From a virus (taxonomy: Duplodnaviria > Caudoviricetes), in the IMG/VR virus record IMGVR_UViG_3300050821_009094, positions 1,544-65,543 of that record: a stretch of 64,000 nucleotides of DNA. One strand, written 5' to 3'. The position numbers and the translations under genes were made by a program. The notes under the pieces were generated by a model. That model was given only the letters and a program-made list of their open reading frames with translations. It made no database searches and had not been told where the DNA came from. Below, piece by piece: positions 36,729 through 46,451 of this stretch; the first letter of the stretch is position 1; the number at the start of each line of letters is the position of its first letter.

Positions 36729-38641
36729 CGGTACCGCCAGTTTTGTCGTATCTGAAGTCGCCGCTGGTTCAACCGCTGCATCGTTTTTGCCTTGAAGAAC
36801 TGGCCCAACTGGTTTTGCTGGAATAGATACACCTGATCGGTCAAGGTCAACCTCTGCCGCGCAGCTTCCGATTCTCTGGTCCGGTTGGTATTGATCAAGT
36901 TGCGCCTGACTTTTTCTTCCCAGCAATGAACTGCGAAGGCCATTGCCATCACGCGATCGTCCTTCGAACCGGACGGAACGCCGATCAGATCCCCGTCGCC
37001 GGCATCCCGCGTAACCCTCGTCATCTCCTTGAGCAATTCGGCCGACCGAATGCGCAATTTACCAACGGAAACCACGTTGCGCAACTGTTCCAGCATCTCG
37101 GCCTTGGTTCGCCGGTTGGTCAGAATGTGGTAATTCGACCCCTGTCCGATCGAGTCGGTGCGGTTGTAAATATAAGTCCGCACGTTGCGAAACACGTCCT
37201 GCAGGCCCTTCTCGCGCACTTCCTTGGACTGGTGGCCGTTCTCCAACTGGAATTTCAAGCTCTTGAGCGCGCTGAAGACCGCGCTGCCGGGGCCGTTGAG
37301 TTCGAGCGCATAGCGCACTTCGTTGCCGGCCGAGCCATACCAGCCGAGCAGGCTGGCGACGACCCAGGCCAGATGCTGCGCCGTGATCAATGGCCACGCA
37401 TACTCAGCCACCTGGTCAAGACCATCAGCATAACACCGGCATACCTGGATTGCCGAGCGGGCGTTGGACTCGGACGTGCCAAAAGCCGGATCGACGCCGA
37501 TGACATAGACACCATCGTTTGTTGCGGGTGGGGTCCACACCTTAAGCTCGACCATCTTGGCGTTGGGCGCCTTGAGAACCTGCGTATAAGCAAACTCGTC
37601 AAGCACGATGTACATATGCGTCTGAAAATCATCGCTGACATTTTGGTTGAACTGATCCGTCAGTTTTTCAGGAGCAAAGAAAACCGAGCCAGTTTGTTGA
37701 AAAGCTTCCTGTTCAGTCCAAGGTTGTTCCTGAATCCGGTTGGGGTTGCCCTCGAACTTGGCTACAGCATCACCTTCCGGCTGGGCGGTAGGGTCCATCT
37801 TCCGCCGGATCCAGGCAAGCTGTTCTGGCGTAATGTCATGATCATATAGTTCCTTGACCTGTTTGATCTTGCGCGCTTCTTCCTCGCTCGGCGGCGCCTC
37901 GCCATAGAGCTGGAAGTCGCGATGATTGCGCGGCACCTGCTGGCTTTCCTTCGACCACCAGCCGAGGAAGATGCACTTGCAGTGATAAGGATCGTTGCGC
38001 GCGTCCTCCCACATCTGGTTCCACGAATTGAACCCGCGAGCGGTAGACTCGTAGATGTAAAGCCGATCAGGGTTGACATCGGACAGCGAGTTGCGGAACG
38101 ATTCCAAACCCTCGTCATTGTCCCACGAACACAGCTCGCTGCAATGCGCCAGCGACAAGCCGACCGATCGGCCCAGCGTGCCACTGGTCTTAGTCCGCTT
38201 CACGCCGGCGGACATGAACAAGACCTTCGAGTCGCTACTGAGCGTCAGCCCGCCGCGGTTGTTCTGCTTGATCGAGGGAAATTTCAGGCTGTTGGGCAAT
38301 TCCTCGATCATCACCTCGATCTCGGATCGCGCCTCGTTCTTGTTTTCGGCCGAATCGAAGACGATAGCACCTTTCAGCCCTGGATGGATGCCGATCAGGA
38401 AGATGCAAAGCGCGCGAATGATGGTCGAGATGCCGAGCTGGCGGGATTTCAGAATGTAAATGTCGTGAATATCGTCTTCGAGTGCGTCGAAGATCTCGGT
38501 GATTGCCCGGCGCTGGCCGTCATACAGGCTCTTACCCAGACAGATGCGGCCGGAATCCTTAGAATTGACGTAGCAGCAATTCAGGAAGGTGTAGAACGCC
38601 CGTTCAACGGTGTCGCGCTTGTGGGGTGACCAGCCTGCCAT
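36725..38641 (-). CDS. terL: terminase large subunit
   Basis: ILKSRQLGIST Walker A, HCSE Walker B variant, YESTARG coupling motif, IGVDPA and DDRVMA nuclease motifs. Confidence 0.95.
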   Translation of the reverse strand: MAGWSPHKRDTVERAFYTFLNCCYVNSKDSGRICLGKSLYDGQRRAITEIFDALEDDIHDIYILKSRQLGISTIIRALCIFLIGIHPGLKGAIVFDSAENKNEARSEIEVMIEELPNSLKFPSIKQNNRGGLTLSSDSKVLFMSAGVKRTKTSGTLGRSVGLSLAHCSELCSWDNDEGLESFRNSLSDVNPDRLYIYESTARGFNSWNQMWEDARNDPYHCKCIFLGWWSKESQQVPRNHRDFQLYGEAPPSEEEARKIKQVKELYDHDITPEQLAWIRRKMDPTAQPEGDAVAKFEGNPNRIQEQPWTEQEAFQQTGSVFFAPEKLTDQFNQNVSDDFQTHMYIVLDEFAYTQVLKAPNAKMVELKVWTPPATNDGVYVIGVDPAFGTSESNARSAIQVCRCYADGLDQVAEYAWPLITAQHLAWVVASLLGWYGSAGNEVRYALELNGPGSAVFSALKSLKFQLENGHQSKEVREKGLQDVFRNVRTYIYNRTDSIGQGSNYHILTNRRTKAEMLEQLRNVVSVGKLRIRSAELLKEMTRVTRDAGDGDLIGVPSGSKDDRVMAMAFAVHCWEEKVRRNLINTNRTRESEAARQRLTLTDQVYLFQQNQLGQFFKAKTMQRLNQRRLQIRQNWRYR

Positions 38642-38649
38642 GCCACAGT

Positions 38650-38892
38650 CTAGCGTACCCCGAACGTCCTGTTAACCTGCTTTTTCTGGTCATTCTCGTT
38701 GATCGCCATCTGGATCCGGGTCATAATCGTTGCCCAAAACTGACCTTCATCCTCGGCGGTATCGAGCATCAGCAACTCAACCGGTTTACCACCTCCAGGC
38801 GGAACAATCACACACGCGCCCCCGAACGGATCATTAATACTACGCTGGATGCGCTGATCCATTGCGCGAAAAGCTTCTGAAGGGTCAGACAT
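38650..38892 (-). CDS. hypothetical protein
   Basis: MSDPSEAF start overlaps the KTSC stop. Confidence 0.65.
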   Translation of the reverse strand: MSDPSEAFRAMDQRIQRSINDPFGGACVIVPPGGGKPVELLMLDTAEDEGQFWATIMTRIQMAINENDQKKQVNRTFGVR

Positions 38893-39100
38893 AGCGGTGC
38901 GCGTAGACGGGTTTGATCTCGCTGTTGAGAAATTGGCCAACACTGGGTGCGTTCGCGCAACTATGTGCGACATCCTCCGGCACCCCCGAGTAGGCCGAGG
39001 TCTTACCACTTTTCCACGTCACCAGCAATTCCTCCCGGTCGGCGTCATAGGCGACTTCCGACACGTTGGAACTGAAGACGGATTGGGACCAAGTGACCAT
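38885..39100 (-). CDS. KTSC domain protein
   Basis: SSNVSEVAYD...L.V.WKSG...Y.GVP......APSVGQFLNSEIK. Confidence 0.9.
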   Translation of the reverse strand: MVTWSQSVFSSNVSEVAYDADREELLVTWKSGKTSAYSGVPEDVAHSCANAPSVGQFLNSEIKPVYAHRYV

Positions 39101-39480
39101 CACAGTTTCCCCATGTTGTCTCGCATGATGCCGTCAATAATGGGCAAAAGAATATCGTCTCGATCCTCGATCGATTCGTCGGCAAAGGCAAGCATGGGGA
39201 TCTTCAAGATCGCCGGCTTCTTCGGATCGTAGAACACGTTGTCCGGCGGTACTTTCCACAACAGGATGCGGCGACGATCCCTGTCATGATCACCCAGTGA
39301 GAAGAACTCGCCAGCACACTCGTCAGTGAAGCGCGTGCCAAATCGCCGGTCGATCTCCATTTGCCGAATTGGCTCGCGGATATGGGCGGTGCGATCCGGG
39401 TGATCATGAAACCACTGGCCATCTTCATCGAGTTTGCGCAAGGTGACAGTCACGCGTAACTCAACACCGCTCGCGGCCAC
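39100..39480 (-). CDS. hypothetical protein
   Basis: coupled ORF; exact start uncertain. Confidence 0.65.
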   Translation of the reverse strand: MAASGVELRVTVTLRKLDEDGQWFHDHPDRTAHIREPIRQMEIDRRFGTRFTDECAGEFFSLGDHDRDRRRILLWKVPPDNVFYDPKKPAILKIPMLAFADESIEDRDDILLPIIDGIMRDNMGKL

Positions 39481-40262
39481 GCGTTACTGACAGCTTCCAC
39501 CGTGGAGAACAGCACGTTCACCGTGCCGTTGGATTCCTCGGCCTCAAAGATCGTCGTCTTGTCCGGCACCAGACACGGCAACTGGCCGTCACGAAACAAG
39601 ATGAACGCCGAGTAACCCCACTCGCGCATGAACCTGCGCAGCGATTCTTGGCTCGATCCCAACGCCTTGAGCGCTGGCTGGTTCAACTCGCAGATGATGT
39701 AAGGAACGTGATCAGCCAGATGCTTGCTGGCACCGCGCAAGGCGTGTTCCTCGGCACCCTCAATGTCGAGTTTGATCAGGCGCGGCGTGGTGTACCAAGT
39801 GTTGAGCGTGATGCCCTCCATCTCCTTCTTACCCATCATCGGCGCCTGACAGCCCAGCGAGTTCAAACCGCCGTGCTCGTGGTAGTGCAGAAACACATTC
39901 TCGTTGGACGACCAAAGCGGGCGATTGCAAATCTCGAAATTGGTCAGCTTGTTGAGCTTGAGATTATCACGCAACTTGAACAGATTGTTCTCGCCCGGCT
40001 CGACCGCAAGCACGATGCCATTGATATCGACGAGCTGCGCCATGACGTTCGTAAAAAACCCGACGTTGGCACCACCGTCGATAGCGAAATCGCCGGGCCG
40101 CAACACGCGGGTCATCAGATGGACGATCTCCGGTTCGGGGCAACCGTAATTCCTGATGCAGATCATCATGTCGCGATCAATTAGAGAATTGGGATCGTGC
40201 GTCATCTGAAACGCAAACTTGCGTTTGTTGATCGTGAAATTGATGTTAACGGTTTGGAGCAC
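39450..40262 (-). CDS. FkbM-family methyltransferase
   Basis: IDGGANVGFF, AVEP and IKLDIEGAE motifs; GTG start after GAGG. Confidence 0.9.
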   Translation of the reverse strand: MLQTVNINFTINKRKFAFQMTHDPNSLIDRDMMICIRNYGCPEPEIVHLMTRVLRPGDFAIDGGANVGFFTNVMAQLVDINGIVLAVEPGENNLFKLRDNLKLNKLTNFEICNRPLWSSNENVFLHYHEHGGLNSLGCQAPMMGKKEMEGITLNTWYTTPRLIKLDIEGAEEHALRGASKHLADHVPYIICELNQPALKALGSSQESLRRFMREWGYSAFILFRDGQLPCLVPDKTTIFEAEESNGTVNVLFSTVEAVSNAWPRAVLSYA

Positions 40263-40263
40263 G

Positions 40264-40446
40264 CTAAACCTCAGTATGCAGGTGATTGTCAGCGATGCCC
40301 CAGATAAAGTTGACGGCCATCGCGTGATTGCATCCTGCGGAAGTATTGTCCTCGCAAACATCTTTGATTTGCTGTAGCGCAGCTCGTAGCCGCTTGATTT
40401 CGGCCTCTAGCTCTCCACAAACGCGGGCCATGGGCATATCGGTCAT
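40264..40446 (-). CDS. small hypothetical protein
   Basis: EIKRLRAALQQI coiled-coil. Confidence 0.6.
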   Translation of the reverse strand: MTDMPMARVCGELEAEIKRLRAALQQIKDVCEDNTSAGCNHAMAVNFIWGIADNHLHTEV

Positions 40447-40682
40447 TTTTGCCTCCGCGCCTTGGCAACCGCTTTTGCGGTTCTGCGACGCTCAAATGTG
40501 CGGTCCAACAATTTCCAGGGTATATGCCAGGCGGGCCAAGCGAGTAAAAGTTCACCTTTTGCGTCGCGCGGCTGAAAGATGCAGCATAAGCCTCTCTTGT
40601 CCTCATAGTACCAAAAGTTCTCGCTCACATTCTGCGGCGAGAGAGAATAGCCATGCTTATCTAAGCGATCAGAGTGGCCCAT
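40443..40682 (-). CDS. hypothetical protein
   Basis: coupled ORF with GGAG RBS. Confidence 0.55.
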   Translation of the reverse strand: MGHSDRLDKHGYSLSPQNVSENFWYYEDKRGLCCIFQPRDAKGELLLAWPAWHIPWKLLDRTFERRRTAKAVAKARRQK

Positions 40683-40683
40683 T

Positions 40684-40851
40684 TCATTCTCCCGACATTG
40701 CAGAAGTTAGCGCCTGTAATGCCTTCGTTGCTTCCCGCAGCAAGTCGCACAGCTCCACCATGTCACAGTCGTACTCAGCGCCGTGCCACCGCTCGCGGTC
40801 CATGTCGTCCGACCATTTTCTGAGTTTGCTCACCAGGGTTTCCAAGCGCAT
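40684..40851 (-). CDS. hypothetical protein
   Basis: MRLETLVSKL start with GGAGAGG RBS inside the GT gene end. Confidence 0.5.
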   Translation of the reverse strand: MRLETLVSKLRKWSDDMDRERWHGAEYDCDMVELCDLLREATKALQALTSAMSGE

Positions 40852-42223
40852 CGATCCTCTCCTGCAAAGCCGTCGTGATCCGGGCGAACACCTTGTCCCA
40901 CCGCATGTCGCGATCCTGGATGAACAGGCGATGGGTCTTGCCGTACCACAGCATCGACTTGCCGTCGTGACCAAGACGGTAGTCGTGGGCGTGGTACGAG
41001 TACGGAATCCACACCTCCTTGCCGATAGCGCCGGCGATATGCGCCAGCGCCGACTCGCAGGTGATGACCAGATCCAGGTGCTGCAGCATGGCCACGGTAT
41101 CGACCACATCGGACACCCAGCCGCTCATGTCACGCACCAGCGACTCGGCGCCGAAATGGCCGAGGTCGAGCTTGCGGTCGTCGAGCTGCAGCGAATAGAG
41201 CTGGATGCCGGGCACTTTGTAGAGATCGAGGAAGTGAATCATCGGAAACGAGCGCCACTTGTCGAGATCGTTGAGCGCCGATCCGGCCCAGGCAATGCCG
41301 ATATGACACTTGATGTCCGGCATCTTCCAGGTATCCGACATGCCGTACACCGGCAGCCGCGGGTGCGGCGCGTTCTTGATCTCGTCATTGGTCAATTGCA
41401 AAGCGAACGGCAGCGAGACGAACGTGGTCCAGGCGTCGGCCTGCGGGTACGACGTCGAAATCGGCGTAAAATTCACGTTGGGCAGATGCGCGAACGTCTC
41501 GGTGAATGCCCGCAACAATGCCGGCTGCACCATGGCGTGAATATATTTGGCGCGTTTCGAAGCGTGTTCAAGGAAGCGCGAGAACGACAGCGTGTCGCCC
41601 ATGCCCTGATCAGCCACCAGAAACACCGTCGCGTCCTTCTCACCCTCCCACTTCGGGTAAGGATAGGTCAGGTAGTTCTTCAGGCGATGCTCGAAGCGTG
41701 ACTCCAGAAACTTGAACCCCTCGGCGTAGTCCTCGTTGAACAACAGCGCGAACGCCAGATTAAACTGGGTCGCGGTATCGCTCGGCTTTAACTCATAAGC
41801 CTTGCGCGCTGCCGCCAACGCGGCCACGCGCTCGCCGAAGGCACCGTGCGCTTGCGACAGGTTCACCCACGGATACGCCTCGTGCGGACCCAACTCAACT
41901 GCGCGCTGCGCAAACGATAACGCTTCCTCGAACTCGCCAAGTTGGTTGAGCCGCCAAGAGGTATTGGACAGCACCTCGATCCGCTTGTCGGTGCCCAGGT
42001 CGCCGTCGAGCGCGCGGCGATAACAGGCGACCGCGGCGTGCAGCCGGCTGATGTCGCCGTTCGAGTTCGCGTTATCCGCCCACGCCTGCCCGAACGTCGG
42101 ATCGACGATGCAGGCGGATTGCAGCAGACCATAGGCGTGGACCGCCCAGTCTTTGTAATTCTGGTTCTTCACCGCCTCGAAGGCGGCGTTGTACATTTTC
42201 AGTGCGGCCGGACGATCACCCAT
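40775..42223 (-). CDS. TPR-repeat glycosyltransferase (GT9-like C-terminus)
   Basis: N-terminal TPRs; DQGMGDTL.F.RF, GIAWAG and LDLVITCESALAHIAGA.G motifs. Confidence 0.9.
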   Translation of the reverse strand: MGDRPAALKMYNAAFEAVKNQNYKDWAVHAYGLLQSACIVDPTFGQAWADNANSNGDISRLHAAVACYRRALDGDLGTDKRIEVLSNTSWRLNQLGEFEEALSFAQRAVELGPHEAYPWVNLSQAHGAFGERVAALAAARKAYELKPSDTATQFNLAFALLFNEDYAEGFKFLESRFEHRLKNYLTYPYPKWEGEKDATVFLVADQGMGDTLSFSRFLEHASKRAKYIHAMVQPALLRAFTETFAHLPNVNFTPISTSYPQADAWTTFVSLPFALQLTNDEIKNAPHPRLPVYGMSDTWKMPDIKCHIGIAWAGSALNDLDKWRSFPMIHFLDLYKVPGIQLYSLQLDDRKLDLGHFGAESLVRDMSGWVSDVVDTVAMLQHLDLVITCESALAHIAGAIGKEVWIPYSYHAHDYRLGHDGKSMLWYGKTHRLFIQDRDMRWDKVFARITTALQERIDALGNPGEQTQKMVGRHGPRAVARR

Positions 42224-42236
42224 TATTAAACCTCAG

Positions 42237-42404
42237 TCAGTCGGTAAGTGCTTCGCGGGCGATCTGCATAAATTTCTTGGCGCCGTCGAAAAAAGCATCA
42301 CCATCTGCGATTTTAGAGAGAGCGGCGCGCAGCCGATCATTTTCCTTATTTAGCTCGATGACCTCTGCGGCCTCGGCCTCGTAAAGCGCGCGGTAGTCGG
42401 CCAT
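42237..42404 (-). CDS. 55-aa hypothetical protein
   Basis: MADYRALYEAE...ENDRLRAALSKIA; fills the gap. Confidence 0.6.
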   Translation of the reverse strand: MADYRALYEAEAAEVIELNKENDRLRAALSKIADGDAFFDGAKKFMQIAREALTD

Positions 42405-42405
42405 T

Positions 42406-43416
42406 TCATTTCTCCGAAATTGCAGAAGTCAGTCGCACCCTGTCAATCGCGCGCCGGATACCCTCGGTCAAGGTAATCCGGCACTGATAGAGTTGCGACA
42501 TCTGGTAGATGTCAGCCACCCGCGAGAACACCCCCTCGGGTTTGAGCGGGTCGTTACGCACGCTGGCACCTGTGCTGGCATAAGCCAGAACTTGTTCGGC
42601 AAGATCGAAGAACGACGTGGAAATGCCGCGGCCGAGGTTCAGCACCTTACCGTAGAGCTTCGGATAGGTCTGCAGCACACATTCCACGATATCGTCGATG
42701 TGGATCCAGTCGCGCTCCTGGTCGCCGGACCCCCACACGATCACCGGGTTCTCGCCATCGAGAACGCGCTTGACGATCGCCGGGAACGGGTAGGTCTTGG
42801 GATCCTGGTCCTCGCCATATCCCCCAAATGGCCGGTAGATCGCAACGTCGAGGCCATACTTCTCCTGGGCAAATCTTGCCAGGTACTCGCCGGCAAACTT
42901 GACGAAGCCGTAGGTCATGTCCGGCTTGCTCCACCGGTTCTGTGCGAGATCGACGTATGATTCGGAAAGTGCGACGTGCTTGTCCCTGGTCTGCAGCTCC
43001 AGCGGGTAGACCGCCGATGACGAGAAATAGATCACCTTCGGATATGGTTTGCGGTCGGTAACCCAACGGAAGAACTCGGAGTCGATGGCCATATCGAGCG
43101 CCACTTCGAGCGGATGATCCTCGATCTTGATCCGACCGCCGACGATCGCCGCGCAATGAATGACCAGATCAAAGCGGTTGGCTGACCAGACGTCGCCCGA
43201 TGAAGCGAAAAAGGACCGACAGTCGCCGATCATGAGCTGAAGATTTTTAACAGAACGGGTGTTGGGATCCCAGGCGTTGGGCTTGAACTCCCAGTCATAC
43301 AGTTCCTTGCCGGCGTACATATTGTCGATCGCGGTCACGATATGACCGTCGTCGAGCAAGCGCTTGACGAAGTGTCGGCCGACGAAGCCGCAGGCGCCTG
43401 TCACAAGGACTTTCAT
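42406..43416 (-). CDS. NAD-dependent nucleotide-sugar epimerase/dehydratase
   Basis: VTGACGFVG, SSSAVY, YGFVK and GSGDQERDWIHIDD motifs. Confidence 0.95.
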   Translation of the reverse strand: MKVLVTGACGFVGRHFVKRLLDDGHIVTAIDNMYAGKELYDWEFKPNAWDPNTRSVKNLQLMIGDCRSFFASSGDVWSANRFDLVIHCAAIVGGRIKIEDHPLEVALDMAIDSEFFRWVTDRKPYPKVIYFSSSAVYPLELQTRDKHVALSESYVDLAQNRWSKPDMTYGFVKFAGEYLARFAQEKYGLDVAIYRPFGGYGEDQDPKTYPFPAIVKRVLDGENPVIVWGSGDQERDWIHIDDIVECVLQTYPKLYGKVLNLGRGISTSFFDLAEQVLAYASTGASVRNDPLKPEGVFSRVADIYQMSQLYQCRITLTEGIRRAIDRVRLTSAISEK

Positions 43417-43417
43417 G

Positions 43418-43810
43418 CTAGGATCCCAACTGTCGTTTTTTGTTACTGATTGGAATTACCTTAGCTCTACTGTCGGCCACAAATTCAGGATGTTGGTGCT
43501 TCATGTGGACAGCCATGTTTGAAAATGTGCGCTGACAGCATGGGCAAGTTCCGGCAGCCGCTCGCTTTTTGATCCTGTTAATCTCTTGCTCTTTTGCCGC
43601 AAGCGCCTCGCGTTTTTCATCCTCGACCCTGGCAAGCTCCTGCTTGAGCTGATCGCGCTCCCTTCGCAACTGTTCCGAAATGGACGTTGTAAAAGACTGC
43701 TCATGTCCATTGGGGCACCAGAAAATCCTGCGGTCATCACGGCGATGGGTACACCACTGATCGGGCACACTAAACGTGATTCCACATTCGCAGCAATTCA
43801 AATAGGCCAT
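43418..43810 (-). CDS. zinc-finger plus coiled-coil protein
   Basis: CCECG, CPNGH, CPCC...HMKHQH. Confidence 0.75.
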   Translation of the reverse strand: MAYLNCCECGITFSVPDQWCTHRRDDRRIFWCPNGHEQSFTTSISEQLRRERDQLKQELARVEDEKREALAAKEQEINRIKKRAAAGTCPCCQRTFSNMAVHMKHQHPEFVADSRAKVIPISNKKRQLGS

Positions 43811-43829
43811 GAAAGTTGCCCTCTAACAA

Positions 43830-45131
43830 TTACAACTCTACGCGCCCATGCGGCAACGTATTCCAGTCGAACCTCCAGCTCGGCATACGCGGCTGCTCGC
43901 GCTGGCAGCGCACGCCGTAGAATATGGTGCCTGGATTGAGCATGTTGATGCGAATGGTGCGGTACGCGATGTTGCCCGGCAGGTTCACCGTGATGATCGT
44001 GCCGTCCTTGCCCTCGGGCGGCAGCACCGGGCGCGCGGTCCAGCCGGACTGCTCGTCGATGATCATCACCTCGCCGCCAACCGTGCCGCCGCTCACCATG
44101 ATCTCGGCAGGGCCGAAGATGGGGACAAACGCACGCGGATCCCAGTCCTCACTGGCCGAGTCGGCGATCCAGCCGAACGGGCCGAAGCCTGGTGAGTCTT
44201 TCAGTTTCCAGTTGCCCTGGTAATGGCCGCCGATGGCACCGATCTGGTGGGCAAAAATGGTATGGCCGCCTTGCTGGTCGTGGAAGAACAAGGTGTCGGG
44301 CAATCTGAAATTGCCTTGCCGGATACTCGTGAGAGTGTCGCGGTAACGGTTGAATCCCTCGCTCAAACCCCCCTTGTGCGTTACAAGTTTCAGTCCTTGC
44401 TGCTCAAGCGGCGGGATCTGCCCGATCATCTCGACGTGCGAGGGCGTCAGAGCGAGGGAGGCGAGACCGTGGCTGGCCAAGAGGGTGTCCCACCGCCAGT
44501 CGGCTACCAGGAAATGCTCCTGGCCGCGGAATGCCCAGTATTTGCCAATGTCGGTTCCGGTCAACATGGCGAACGCCGCGCGGTTCTCGCTGGTCCATTG
44601 CGTGCGGTAGTGCTTGAGAACTAGTTCTGCGGCCTCGCGGGTGAAGATGATCATGCCGGCGCCGAGGTTGTGGCAGATGGCGTAATCCGGGCGCTGGATC
44701 AGGACGCGATCCTCGTAGCAGCGTGCGGACACGGCACCGACTTCGAGGCCATCGGCTTTGCCCTGCTCGAACAAGGCCATGGTCGGCTCGAACCAGTCCT
44801 TCGGCAGCACCACGTCATTCTCGACGAGACCGATGTAATCGTAGATCTGATCCTTGAAAGTGAAGCCCTGAGAGCGATGATTCACACCCTCTCCTGCGTT
44901 GAGCATCATGGTCAGCGCGTAGATGATCGCTGGTCCTGAGCCGCCACGCACATGATTGTGCATATATAAATTATCGCCATAATGCTCATTAGCAAAATTG
45001 AATCCTTCAAGGTACTTACTGCCATCCACCCAATGCAAATCAAACTTGTCAGGCTGCAAAAGCGGCTCGATCGACTGACGCGACAGTTCGACGCGATCGC
45101 AGGTCGAGAAGGCTATGGCGACGCGGTTCAT
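43830..45131 (-). CDS. GT-A (GT2-like) glycosyltransferase
   Basis: FSTCDR, WVDGS and GLVENDVVL motifs. Confidence 0.75.
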   Translation of the reverse strand: MNRVAIAFSTCDRVELSRQSIEPLLQPDKFDLHWVDGSKYLEGFNFANEHYGDNLYMHNHVRGGSGPAIIYALTMMLNAGEGVNHRSQGFTFKDQIYDYIGLVENDVVLPKDWFEPTMALFEQGKADGLEVGAVSARCYEDRVLIQRPDYAICHNLGAGMIIFTREAAELVLKHYRTQWTSENRAAFAMLTGTDIGKYWAFRGQEHFLVADWRWDTLLASHGLASLALTPSHVEMIGQIPPLEQQGLKLVTHKGGLSEGFNRYRDTLTSIRQGNFRLPDTLFFHDQQGGHTIFAHQIGAIGGHYQGNWKLKDSPGFGPFGWIADSASEDWDPRAFVPIFGPAEIMVSGGTVGGEVMIIDEQSGWTARPVLPPEGKDGTIITVNLPGNIAYRTIRINMLNPGTIFYGVRCQREQPRMPSWRFDWNTLPHGRVEL

Positions 45132-46135
45132 AGTACGTCCACGCAGTCGTTTAACCACGCCTCCCAGAAGGCAGGTGGAAACAGTTTCTGGTCAAACCCA
45201 GCTACGAGAATCCCAACGTCGGTCACGACCGACTCGCCGGGGATCGGCGCACGGTCCAGGTACTCGGCAAACTCCGCGATCCGCTCGTTGCCGATCATCT
45301 CGTTGCGCAGGTCGGGCAACAGCGGTCGGGACTGGCGGGCGTGAAAGGCGGCTGGCGGGCCGAAATAGGTGTACAGGTTGCGCTCGCGCATGATCCTGCG
45401 CATTAACAGGGAAGCGAAGATGTCGGTGTTGCGGCCTTGCGCGGAGTAGAGCTGGGCGAAGGCGGGGGCCAGCTCGCGCCGGAATGCGGTGATTTGCGAG
45501 TTGAACACGGCTCTGGCGGCCGGATCCACCACGAAACCAGCGCGGAGCACGTCGCTGGTATTGATAATCATGGGTTTGTTAGTAATGGCATTTGCAGCAT
45601 CGCAATCCGGGACGCCAAGGATGATGCCTTGGGCCACGCCGATCTGAGCATCGGTTATAAAAGTAACATCAGTGTAGAACAGCGTATCGTAAGGCAATCC
45701 ACGTTGGTTAGTGACCGGCGTTGCGCACGCACCAACGTTGAACCATTGCTTGGCAAAGCCGAGCTGGAGACCGTGATAAGGATTACCAAGTAACCCATAC
45801 CACCCCCAAAAAAACGACCAGTTTGAATTCATCGGGATCATATCGTCATCGATACTCACGATAATGTCAGCGCCCCACTTCAGGGCTTCGAGCAGTGCGA
45901 TGTTGCGGCGGCTGTCGGTGTTCCACCCGATCAGCTCGGATGATTTGTATTCCATGTGCTTCTGCTGCGCGCAGCCATAGGCCCAGCAGTTCGGCAGCGC
46001 GTCGCAGAACTCATAAGCCTCCTGCGGCGTCTTTTGATCGCCGGCGACGAAGAACATCACGTCGGGATCGTGGGCGCGGTACAAGGAGAGGACACGCGGC
46101 ACGTTGATGGTGGTGGTGATTAGCGCGACCTTCAC
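45128..46135 (-). CDS. STELLO/DUF288 / reversibly glycosylated polypeptide (GT75)-like protein
   Basis: ITTTIN.P, AGDQKTP, RRNIALL, SIDDD, PDCDA, FNSQ and RNTDI motifs; GTG start overlaps the upstream stop. Confidence 0.8.
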   Translation of the reverse strand: MKVALITTTINVPRVLSLYRAHDPDVMFFVAGDQKTPQEAYEFCDALPNCWAYGCAQQKHMEYKSSELIGWNTDSRRNIALLEALKWGADIIVSIDDDMIPMNSNWSFFWGWYGLLGNPYHGLQLGFAKQWFNVGACATPVTNQRGLPYDTLFYTDVTFITDAQIGVAQGIILGVPDCDAANAITNKPMIINTSDVLRAGFVVDPAARAVFNSQITAFRRELAPAFAQLYSAQGRNTDIFASLLMRRIMRERNLYTYFGPPAAFHARQSRPLLPDLRNEMIGNERIAEFAEYLDRAPIPGESVVTDVGILVAGFDQKLFPPAFWEAWLNDCVDVL

Positions 46136-46293
46136 GACGGATCTTCCTTCCTCGACTTGAGATAAGCCAGCCGCCACTGCTCCAGGATGCGGATGATGAT
46201 CTGCGACACGGTACGACCTTCCTCACTGCCGCGGCGGCGCAGGAAATCCTTGAGTTGCTTGTCGAGACGGATCGAAGTCGGAGATTCGGACAT
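46132..46293 (-). CDS. ribbon-helix-helix DNA-binding protein (53 aa)
   Basis: PTSIRLDKQLKDFLRRRGSEEGRTVSQIIIRILEQW; below the ORF-track cutoff. Confidence 0.75.
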   Translation of the reverse strand: MSESPTSIRLDKQLKDFLRRRGSEEGRTVSQIIIRILEQWRLAYLKSRKEDPS

Positions 46294-46414
46294 CACGGCT
46301 CGTCGAAAAAGATGAAGGCCGGGCGGGTGGCGTTTGGAGGGCTGAGTAAATGCCGCCCGGCCTGCCGCCCACCCCGTTGCATTGGGGAATGGTCCTGAGA
46401 GGGCAGCGGCCGGC

Positions 46415-46443
46415 AGTAGAAACTACAATGTAGTAACTGTCAA
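46415..46443 (-). promoter_or_regulatory. sigma70-type promoter with palindromic operator in the spacer
   Basis: TTGACA-17 nt-TCTACT; ACTACA-T-TGTAGT at 46422-46434. Confidence 0.6.
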
Positions 46444-46451
46444 CTACAAAA

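Noticed and set aside
36926-38629. Long plus-strand ORFs opposite terL
   Set aside because: Antisense shadows caused by codon bias.
40328-41701. 457-aa plus-strand ORF
   Set aside because: Antisense shadow of the GC-rich TPR glycosyltransferase gene, with no recognisable motifs.
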